Translations under genes and position numbers: made by a program
The notes under the pieces: model-generated
Databases searched by the model: none
Seen by the model: the letters and a program-made list of their open reading frames with translations, nothing else
Told to the model about the DNA's origin: nothing
Part shown: one piece after another, positions 53,982-62,600 of the stretch
How positions within the stretch are numbered: the first letter of the stretch is position 1
Layout: each line of letters begins with the position of its first letter
DNA from: Candidatus Paceibacter sp.
GTDB lineage: Bacteria; Patescibacteriota; Minisyncoccia; UBA6257; JAGOQP01
Direction of reading: 5' to 3'
DNA: 64,000 nt
NCBI GenBank assembly: GCA_020724905.1
Contig: DYGB01000003.1
Location: 1,431-65,430, forward strand

Positions 53982-54656
53982 ATGCACACATTTCATATCA
54001 TTACGTTATTTCCAAAGATTATTGATACGTATGCCAATACTTCAATTTTAAAGCGTGCACAGGAAAACAAAAGTATTTCTGTTATTTCTCATGATCTTCG
54101 TATATATGGAGAGGGGAGACACAAGAAAGTTGATGACACCCCCTATGGAGGAGGTCCTGGGATGGTGATGAAGGTAGAACCAATCTATCGTGCTGTTGAA
54201 GGAATAAAGAAAAATTATCCATCTCGAAAAAAACGACAGGGACAACGAGTTGTACTATTCTCAACACGAGGAAAACAATTTACTAACAAAGAGGCAAAAC
54301 GACTCTCACGCTATGATCAGTTGATATTCATATTAGGACGATATGAAGGAGTTGATGAACGTGTTGCAACGCATATTGCTGACGAGGAACTTTCGGTAGG
54401 GCCTTTTGTTCTCTCAGGAGGGGAGCTTCCATCATTAATTGTGCTTGATGCAGTTGCTCGCTACATTCCTGGGGTTCTAGGGAAAGAAGAGTCTCTAGAA
54501 GATATAAAGGGAAGTTATCCTGTCTATACACGTCCTGATGAATTTGCACCACATAGTGCAAGTAAGAAAAAGAAATGGACAGTTCCTTCTGTGCTGATGT
54601 CAGGGGATCACAAGAAAATAGCAGCATGGAGGAAGAAATTTGATAAGAACCATTGA
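53982..54656 (+). CDS. trmD: tRNA (guanine-N1)-methyltransferase
   Basis: VDDTPYGGGPGMV, GRYEGVDER, VLSGGE. Confidence 0.97.
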   Translation: MHTFHIITLFPKIIDTYANTSILKRAQENKSISVISHDLRIYGEGRHKKVDDTPYGGGPGMVMKVEPIYRAVEGIKKNYPSRKKRQGQRVVLFSTRGKQFTNKEAKRLSRYDQLIFILGRYEGVDERVATHIADEELSVGPFVLSGGELPSLIVLDAVARYIPGVLGKEESLEDIKGSYPVYTRPDEFAPHSASKKKKWTVPSVLMSGDHKKIAAWRKKFDKNH

Positions 54657-54725
54657 TATTTTTAAAGACTCTGCTAAGGTAAAAACAGTTCTTACTATTT
54701 TTATAACGAGAAAAGGAGAGGTGTA

Positions 54726-54842
54726 TTGGAACCGAAAAAAGAACAAATGCCCAATAAATATTTTTTGTTAGGTATGATAATTCCTGTAACAGGACTTATC
54801 ATTTTGTATTTTGCATTTCATGTCGTTCCACACATGATCTAA
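54726..54842 (+). CDS. possible small membrane protein (38 aa)
   Basis: TTG start (or ATG 54747), single hydrophobic helix YFLLGMIIPVTGLIILYFAF. Confidence 0.35.
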   Translation: MEPKKEQMPNKYFLLGMIIPVTGLIILYFAFHVVPHMI

Positions 54843-55027
54843 CAAGAGATATGTTCCGTATCTTCTTTTACTATGATCTGATAGGGTATCAACAATGTTA
54901 GGTACGATGACGTTTCATACAGACATTCCCATCATTCTGTGTATGAATGTCTTCTATGCGCTTTGGTTAGCACCGAAGTTTCAAACATTGAAAAGAAAGA
55001 ACATCTCTTAAGTAATTCCTATCTATG

Positions 55028-55179
55028 CCTTGTGAAAGGGTTGCAAAGCAATCTTCGAGCTTCACAGGGAGAAACATTACGCCGATCATGTGAGGCGTAG
55101 CAGGGTTCGACTGCAGCGCGCGCAAACGCTGGTCCCGCTCCATATTCTCTTTATCCCGCTTTCCGGAGCGGGATTTTTT
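55028..55179 (+). ncRNA. unassigned GC-rich multi-hairpin element ending in an intrinsic terminator
   Basis: Several short helices plus ATCCCGCT/AGCGGGAT-T-run terminator in an AT-rich intergenic region. Confidence 0.5.
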
Positions 55180-55194
55180 ATGTACACTAAGTGT

Positions 55195-55641
55195 ATGGAA
55201 TACGCACTATTTATTATTGTAGCGGGATATATTATCGGACTTGGTGCAGTCACTGTTATTGATATTCATGGATTTTTAGGAAGACGTTCTTCATATTGGA
55301 CAGAAGCAACAATACGGACACACAAAGTAACTAAACCGCTTATTTGGATTGGAACGGTTCTTATTTTAAGTGGAACACTGTGGTTGTATCAGGATAGTCT
55401 TGATTCATATATTCCTTTTATACACTGGGGAATACTGGCAATAGTAATTGGAAATGGATTATTTCTTACATTCAATATTAGTGACTTTTTATTAACACAA
55501 GAAAGAGAGGGGAGGGAAAAGGAACTTCTTCCTTCTTCATTACAAAAGAGAATTATCGCTCATAGTATTGTATCGTTTGTGGGGTGGTGGGGGAGTCTTG
55601 TTCTCTTTATCTTTTTTCTGTACAAAAACCTTGCTTTTTGA
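55195..55641 (+). CDS. four-helix membrane protein, unknown function
   Basis: Hydrophobic helices; start at ATG 55195 after TACACT. Confidence 0.7.
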   Translation: MEYALFIIVAGYIIGLGAVTVIDIHGFLGRRSSYWTEATIRTHKVTKPLIWIGTVLILSGTLWLYQDSLDSYIPFIHWGILAIVIGNGLFLTFNISDFLLTQEREGREKELLPSSLQKRIIAHSIVSFVGWWGSLVLFIFFLYKNLAF

Positions 55642-55677
55642 TAGGGTATCTTGTATACTCGTTGCGTTACGCACAAT

Positions 55678-56454
55678 ATGACACATATAGAGAATACAAC
55701 TGAAAAAAAGGAAGAAAAAAAGGAGGAGGCAAAGCACCCAGCTTCATTTCAACTAAACCTTAAAAAGGATGGTGTAGTAAACGAAGAAAAGTTTGAAGAA
55801 ATGATGAAAGCAGGGGTATTGTATGGACATAAGAAAACAAGGAAAAATCCTCATTTTTCTGATTACGTCTTTACTGTACGAAATGGTATTGAGTTAATTG
55901 ATCTCTCAAAGACACTTGCTGCCATTGATATTGTTTCTCAAATGCTCAAAAAGTTTGTTGCAGAAAAGAAACGCATTCTTGTTATTGGAACACAGCCAGC
56001 AGCACATGATGCCGTTGAGAAACTCTCAGCAGCACTTGAGGGAAGTTCGTATGTAACAAAGAAGTGGATTGGTGGTCTTATTACTAACTTTCCTGTACTT
56101 TCAAAGAGACTTGCGACATACAAGAAAATGAAGAAAGATTTTGAAGAAGGGAAGTTTGAAAAATATACAAAACGAGAACGACTTCTTTTGGAAAGAGATA
56201 TTCAGAAAATGTCTAACAAGTTTGAAGGGCTTGAAGATTATGAAGCACTTCCTGATGTTGTTTTTGTTATTGATACCTCTTTGAAAAATCACATTACTGC
56301 ACTCCGAGAAGCACAAAAGAAAGGAAATGTCGTTATGGGTATTATCGATACTGATGATAATCCACATGATTTTGACTACTTTATTCCAGCAAACGATCAT
56401 TCAAAGAAAGCTATTGAATGGGTTGTTGATTCTATCATTGCTAATCTTTCATAA
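55678..56454 (+). CDS. rpsB: 30S ribosomal protein S2
   Basis: MMKAGVLYGH, RNGIELIDL, WIGGLITNF, DTDDNP..IPAND. Confidence 0.95.
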   Translation: MTHIENTTEKKEEKKEEAKHPASFQLNLKKDGVVNEEKFEEMMKAGVLYGHKKTRKNPHFSDYVFTVRNGIELIDLSKTLAAIDIVSQMLKKFVAEKKRILVIGTQPAAHDAVEKLSAALEGSSYVTKKWIGGLITNFPVLSKRLATYKKMKKDFEEGKFEKYTKRERLLLERDIQKMSNKFEGLEDYEALPDVVFVIDTSLKNHITALREAQKKGNVVMGIIDTDDNPHDFDYFIPANDHSKKAIEWVVDSIIANLS

Positions 56455-56456
56455 CC

Positions 56457-56897
56457 ATGGATCAAACATTGTTAACACTTCGTAAAGAGACGGGGGCAGG
56501 AGTTATGGATTGTAAAAAAGCTCTTGATGACGCAGGGGGTGATTTAGAAAAAGCAAAGAAACTCATCATTGAAAGGGGAGTTGCCAAAGCACAAAAGAAA
56601 GGTGAGAGAAATACTGGAGCAGGACTTCTTACCACCTATATTCATGGAGATCGCATTGGTGTCCTTCTTGAGATGAGATGTGAAACAGACTTTGTTGCAA
56701 AGAATGAAGACTTTAAAAAAGTTGCTCATGATATTGCAATGCAGATTGCATCAATGAACCCTGAGACTGTTGACGAATTGCTTGCACAAGAATACATTAA
56801 AGATCCGTCTCAGAAAATTGAAAGTCTTGTGACGCAAGCTATTGCACGAATCGGAGAAAACATTAAAATAGAGAGGTTCTGTCGTTACGAACTATAG
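56457..56897 (+). CDS. tsf: elongation factor Ts (short form)
   Basis: LRKETGAGVMDCKKAL, CETDFVA, GENIKIERF. Confidence 0.95.
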   Translation: MDQTLLTLRKETGAGVMDCKKALDDAGGDLEKAKKLIIERGVAKAQKKGERNTGAGLLTTYIHGDRIGVLLEMRCETDFVAKNEDFKKVAHDIAMQIASMNPETVDELLAQEYIKDPSQKIESLVTQAIARIGENIKIERFCRYEL

Positions 56898-56900
56898 AAC

Positions 56901-57224
56901 ATGTATATCTACATTCTTGAGATTATTTTCTTTCTAAGCGCTGGTACCATGGTATTTCTTCTTACCCGTGCGATTCCTCACGTTGAAGAAGAGCATCATG
57001 ATAAGAAAGTATGGAAGAGTGAAGGAGTGTTGCATAAATTAGATCAACAACTTCTCTCAAGAATTGGAAAGATGTTACGAAAAGTTCATGTATTAGTGAT
57101 GAGATTAGATAGAACATTGTTTAAGTATATTGATGCGATAAAGAAGCAAGGCGGAAATGGGGGAGAAGAAAGAAGTATTTTTACTGAACTTGAAGAAAAG
57201 AATAACGAAGAAGACAAAGGGTAG
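56901..57224 (+). CDS. hypothetical membrane protein
   Basis: N-terminal TM; stop overlaps tRNA-Tyr 5' end. Confidence 0.65.
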   Translation: MYIYILEIIFFLSAGTMVFLLTRAIPHVEEEHHDKKVWKSEGVLHKLDQQLLSRIGKMLRKVHVLVMRLDRTLFKYIDAIKKQGGNGGEERSIFTELEEKNNEEDKG

Positions 57225-57303
57225 GTAGTCCCGTAGGGGCCGGGGGCGGTCTGTAAAACCGTTGGCCATTGTGCCCGCGTGAGTTCGACTCTCACTCTGC
57301 CCA
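57219..57303 (+). tRNA. tRNA-Tyr(GTA), atypical D-arm
   Basis: GCGGT-CTGTAAA-ACCGT, variable arm, GTGAG-TTCGACT-CTCAC. Confidence 0.88.
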
Positions 57304-57310
57304 CAGGTGC

Positions 57311-57382
57311 GCCACCTTAGCTCAGTGGTAGAGCAACTGTTTTGTAAACAGTAGGTCGTCGGTTCAAATCCGACAGGTGGCT
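57311..57382 (+). tRNA. tRNA-Thr(TGT)
   Basis: ACTGT-TTTGTAA-ACAGT. Confidence 0.96.
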
Positions 57383-57477
57383 CAAGAAAAAAAACGTTCT
57401 TTTTGGACGTTTTTTTTTGCGTAATTACTTTGTTATAATAGAATAGTATCTATACTTGGTGTCATTCTATTATCTTT

Positions 57478-58104
57478 ATGAAAAAGGATATGTTTCAAAA
57501 AGAGGAGTTGAAGAACTTGTATTTTATAGAAAATAGATCAATAAGGGATATAGCAAATATATCTTCCTGTTCAGAGGGAAAAGTAAATTATTGGTTCAAA
57601 AAATATAATATAAAAAAGAGAAACATATCGGATGCTATATATTTAAAACACCATCCAGACGGAGATCCTTTTTCTCTCCGCATGCCCAGAAATAAGAAAG
57701 AGGAGAGGCTTTTTGGATTAGGGATCGGCATCTTCTTAGGTGAAGGAAATAAAGTTGATAAGTCCACTATAAGAGTCGGGAATACTGACGTAACAATATT
57801 GAGAATATTTGTAACATTTTTATTAGTATTTTTTAATATACATAAGGACAACTTAAGATTTCATTTGCAAATATTTAGTGATGTTGATACAATTGAAGCG
57901 CAAAAGTATTGGATTAAGGAATTAGGTATTACAAAAAATCAATTTTATAAAACCTCAATTACCAAATCTATTAAAAAGGGGACTTATAAGCATAAAAATA
58001 AAAGAGGAGTTCTTACGGTTTATTACAGCAATGTAAAAGCACGAAAACTTCTTGATGACATTATAAGCCAATGTAGCTCAGTTGGTAGAGCAACTCCATG
58101 GTAA
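57478..58104 (+). CDS. HTH + LAGLIDADG-like homing endonuclease-family protein
   Basis: N-terminal HTH (SIRDIA..SEGKVNYWF), GIGIFLGEG LAGLIDADG-like helix, VGNTD; AT-rich. Confidence 0.7.
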   Translation: MKKDMFQKEELKNLYFIENRSIRDIANISSCSEGKVNYWFKKYNIKKRNISDAIYLKHHPDGDPFSLRMPRNKKEERLFGLGIGIFLGEGNKVDKSTIRVGNTDVTILRIFVTFLLVFFNIHKDNLRFHLQIFSDVDTIEAQKYWIKELGITKNQFYKTSITKSIKKGTYKHKNKRGVLTVYYSNVKARKLLDDIISQCSSVGRATPW

Positions 58105-58341
58105 GTCTTTTGCCCTTCTCAATGGAAACGTTGAGAAGAATCCCGAATAACGGTTAAAGGCCTTTGTATAGGTTCAGACCGTAGCGTTATATACGCTCGA
58201 ACGACTGACAAGGGAGGCTACGGTTCTTGTGGAGCTATGCCTAAGATACAGTCTAATCCTCTTGTATAAATACAGTAGATATGATAAAAGAAGAGGTATT
58301 CATGAAGGAGTAGGTCACCGGTTCAAATCCGGTCATTGGCT
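58067..58341 (+). tRNA. tRNA-Thr(GGT) interrupted by a group I intron
   Basis: Exons 58067-58102 and 58305-58341 join to ACTCC-ATGGT|AA-GGAGT with normal D and T arms. Confidence 0.93.
58103..58304 (+). ncRNA. group I intron at tRNA position 36/37
   Basis: After U, ends in G; P7 GACTG/CAGTC (CGAACGACTG..AAGATACAGTC), P4 ACGGT/ACCGT, IGS TTTTGCC pairs with GGT|AAGG. Confidence 0.88.
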
Positions 58342-58360
58342 CAAGATATAAAATAAAGAT

Positions 58361-58531
58361 ATGGCAAAATCAAAATTTAGTGAACATATTGTGAAGTTAC
58401 GATGCGCTGAGTGTAAGCGTATTAATTACTATACTCGTAGAAATAGAAAGAGTACTGAGGAAAAGCTTGATATAAAGAAACACTGTAAATGGTGTCGAGC
58501 ACATACTCCACATAAAGAAGCAAAGAAATAA
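58361..58531 (+). CDS. rpmG: 50S ribosomal protein L33
   Basis: Manual translation: LRCAECKRINYYTRRN..KLDIKKHCKWCRAHTPHKE (56 aa). Confidence 0.95.
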   Translation: MAKSKFSEHIVKLRCAECKRINYYTRRNRKSTEEKLDIKKHCKWCRAHTPHKEAKK

Positions 58532-58569
58532 TAAAAAACCTGGTATCATACCAGGTTTTTTCTTTCTTG

Positions 58570-58640
58570 CGGGGCCACTAGGATTTGAACCTAGATCAGC
58601 GGTTTTGGAGACCGCCATTCTACCATTGAACTATAGCCCC
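58570..58640 (-). tRNA. tRNA-Trp(CCA)
   Basis: GCGGT-CTCCAAA-ACCGC. Confidence 0.95.
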
Positions 58641-58765
58641 ATGAGTAGAATAAAGTATTATTGATAAAGAGGCAAGAATATTGACGTAGGTTTTTATTTA
58701 TGGTAGTACTAGGGTAGGACGTTATAATAAAATAAATCAGAAAACAAATTGCCAGGAGGCAGATA

Positions 58766-59497
58766 ATGAATAAAGTAATAGTAGTACTTTTGTTTATAGG
58801 TGTTTTTATGAGCAATATATTTGCTCAAACATATTTACAGATTGGGGCAGACCCAGTCGAAATCACTCGAGGGCTTGAGCCAGGACGTATGTGGGTCAAG
58901 TACAGCGAAGACGTTATAGGTTATACGAACTCTGGTAGCGGTAAGTGGTCATGGGGTATTATTCGAGCTGGAGAGATTTTTGATATCGCAATACAAGATT
59001 ATGAAAATGATGCGGTACAAGATATGGTTATTGCTCATTGCGGGAATGATTTTTATATTCCTGAAGGGGGTAGTGCTCATACACTCCCGCGAAAAAAGAA
59101 ACTTGAAAAGAGCAAAATTCAAGTTATTATTTCTCATGATCAGTTAAAAGCTCAAGGGGGATGCATTACCGAGGAGCAGTATAACCAGTTAAGAGATGAT
59201 CATAATTTTATTATCTCTCTGCTCGGTAACATGAATGGCACCCTTAATGAAACAAATAAGCGGACAAAAAGCATTCAAGAACTCATTATAGAGATGAAGA
59301 ATAGAATGTCAGGGCAAGGGGAAGGATCTGACAGTGACGATGATTCTGGTGCTGGATTTTGGAATACTGCAAAGTGGGTAGGTATTGCAGCTATTGTTGC
59401 ATGGGTTATCTATGAGGTGGTTAAGATGTTCATAAATGATGATAATGGTGGGGATAAGGCTCCAATAGGCGGCCCGGCTCCAGATCCATGGAATTAG
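58766..59497 (+). CDS. secreted protein with coiled coil and C-terminal TM helix
   Basis: Signal peptide, heptad segment, WVGIAAIVAWVIY; terminator GCGGCTCT..AGAGCCGC follows. Confidence 0.7.
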   Translation: MNKVIVVLLFIGVFMSNIFAQTYLQIGADPVEITRGLEPGRMWVKYSEDVIGYTNSGSGKWSWGIIRAGEIFDIAIQDYENDAVQDMVIAHCGNDFYIPEGGSAHTLPRKKKLEKSKIQVIISHDQLKAQGGCITEEQYNQLRDDHNFIISLLGNMNGTLNETNKRTKSIQELIIEMKNRMSGQGEGSDSDDDSGAGFWNTAKWVGIAAIVAWVIYEVVKMFINDDNGGDKAPIGGPAPDPWN

Positions 59498-59672
59498 TCT
59501 TTTCTGATTTATTTGTAATGGTACACGGGAAGTAGCGGCTCTGTAATATAGAGCCGCATTTTTTTTAGATATATCTAGGACACAATTAGATGTATCTAGA
59601 AAGGTATTGACAACAGTCAGTACATTATATATAATGTATGCTACACCATAAATAAATGGAATAATCATAATT

Positions 59673-62600
59673 ATGACAATCTTAAAGAGAATAACAGTAG
59701 TAGTTTTAATGGTCGGAACAGTTCTTGTTGGAACTGGGCCTCTATTTCCCGTTGAAGCTATCACCACCGCAAAATCAACCAATATAGTCGAAGGAGGCTC
59801 TTCTGGAGTTGCTCCAGTGACAACATCAATAACAAAATCCACTGAATCAGCTACTGTTGTTACCGAAGGAACATCAACAACTAACACATCACTTCGTTCA
59901 GTAGTGCGTGTTGATGATGTCAAAAAGACAACCTCAGGAACTTCTTCAGTGAAAGTTGTTAAAGAAACAGTTTCAGATCCAACAGTAGGAAGTATTGTAA
60001 AAGATACAAAACTACAAGTATTTGAAGAAAAAGTAGTTGAAGGAGAAGAAACAACAGAAGAAATAACTGGAACCGCATGGTTTAATACTGATCCACAAGA
60101 CAAGAAAACACTTCGAACTTCAAACTATTCTCGAAATCCACAGTGTAATACCTGTTGGGAATCAAGTACCTATGCATCACAAGGAGAAATTGTGAGTTTT
60201 GTTGTGTACTATCACAATACGTCAAACAGTATTGCAGAAGATACACGTATCAATCTTTCAGCATCTCCACAATATAGTAATAACAAGATTGTTGTTACCT
60301 CAAATCTCTGGGCAGGTAATGCAGATACAGTAACTGACACGGTTGACGTTATGATGGAATCGGGTTCATCAGAACCATGGAATGTATCGTTTGATGCTGC
60401 CTTCTGGTATCCCAATCAAGATTCAAATAATCCAGATCCACTTCCCTATGGACAGAATGGATCAACAAGTCTTTCCTCATCAGGAGTACGTATTGGAAAT
60501 ATAACTCCAGGATGGGCAAGTCAAGGATACTTAGTTATACGTCTTTTACTTGAAAAGAATGGTGGAGGAGGAAATGAACCATCATCACCACGTGTTGTTA
60601 CAACAGATGCAACGAATATAGGGAAAACAGAAGCGACAATTAATGCTGATATTACTCCAAATGGACTTGCAACACAGTACTGGTTTGAGTATGGAAAAAC
60701 ACGTTCTCTTGGAACGGTAACACTTCAAAAGACACTTGCTTCAAGTGGATATGATGCAGAGTCAGTTAATCAGGAATTACGAGGCCTTACTCCAGACGCA
60801 GTATATTATGTACGTGCAGTTGCAAAGAACAGCCAAGGAAAAACCTATGGAAATATAAAAGAATTTCGTACAGTTTCTGTTGATGGTCTACGAGCCCCAG
60901 AAGTACAAACTCTTTCCCCAGACACTATCACCAGCTCATCAGCACGACTCAATGGAAGAGTGAACCCACATGGCCTTGCAACTACCTATACCTTTGCCTA
61001 TGGAACATCACAATCATTAGGTAACACAGTCACAACACATTCAGCAGGAAATGGATCAAGCTGGAAAGATGTCTCATTTACCCTTTCTGGACTTTCTTCA
61101 GATACCACCTATTACTATCGTATTGAGGCAACCAATGAAAAAGGAACAGTATATGGAGACATCATGTCTTTCTCAACACAAGGAACAACAGATCCAACTG
61201 GTGCTCCTATTGTCTCAACATTATATCCTTCAAATATAACTCAAACACAGGCAACGCTTCAAGGAACAGTAAATCCACAAGGACTCTCAACACAGTACTG
61301 GTTTGAATATGGAACAACGGCAAATCTTGGAAATCAAACAAGTGTATCATACGTATCAGGAACTGGGTTTAGCACAGTGAGCGTAGAAAAGGCACTTTCA
61401 GGACTCTCTCCAGATACACAGTATTATGTTCGAATTGTTGGAGAGAATAATAAAGGAACAACCTATGGAACATTAGTATCATTCAGAACAGATGATGCTG
61501 GAGGTGGAGGGGGAAATGCTCCGTTTGTTGAAACTATCGCAGCAGACAATATTACCGGAACTGCAGCTCGAATAAAGGGTACAGTTAATCCACAAGGAGT
61601 TACTGGTACTTATTGGTTTGAATATGGAACAACACCACAGCTTGGTACCGTTACCATACAACAGTCAATTAGTGCTATTTCATATAATCTTTCAGTATCA
61701 CAGAATCTTCGAGGATTAGATGAAAATACTACCTACTTTTATCGAGTTGTTGGAAAGAATGCCACAGGAAAAACATATGGAAACATCATGTCTTTCTCAA
61801 CAACAGGAGGAGGGACAACAGGATCAGCCCCAGAAGTACAAACTCTTTCCCCAGACACTATCACCAGCTCATCAGCACGACTCAATGGAAGAGTGAACCC
61901 ACATGGCCTTGCAACTACCTATACCTTTGCCTATGGAACATCACAATCATTAGGTAACACAGTCACAACACATTCAGCAGGAAATGGATCAAGCTGGAAA
62001 GATGTCTCATTTACCCTTTCTGGACTTTCTTCAGATACCACTTATTACTATCGTATTGAGGCAGATAACAGTAAAGGAAGAGATGTTGGTGATATATTTA
62101 GCTTTACCACAGAAGAAGGTGGGGGAGGAGGAGACTTTACACCAACAGCGGTGACACAAAGTACAATCAATATTACCTCAAATTCTGGAACAATCAGAGG
62201 AACAGTAAATCCAAAAGGATTCACTGGTACCTACTGGTTTGAATATGGAACAAACGAAACATCACTTGGTTCACAAACAACACACAGTACTATTTCTGCA
62301 ACGACAGACAATACAGATGTGTCAGCTAATATTAGTGGTCTAAGTGAAAATACTTCTTACTTCTACCGTGTTGTTATTGAAACAGCCATGGGACGAGCAG
62401 TCGGAAGCACTCTCTCATTCCTTACCGCAGGAGGCGGTGGAGGAGGCGGAGGAGGCGGTGGAGGTGGACCACGAGCTCCATTGACACAAACCTGGAACTC
62501 ATCAGATATTACTCAGAATACTGCTATTCTTTACGGAGGAGCACTCGCAAATGGATCAACAGCATATGGATGGTTTGAGTACGGAGAAAATCGATACAAT

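Noticed and set aside
59309-60103. 264-aa minus-strand ORF
   Set aside because: Antisense shadow of the Thr/Ser/Val-rich N-terminus of the surface protein
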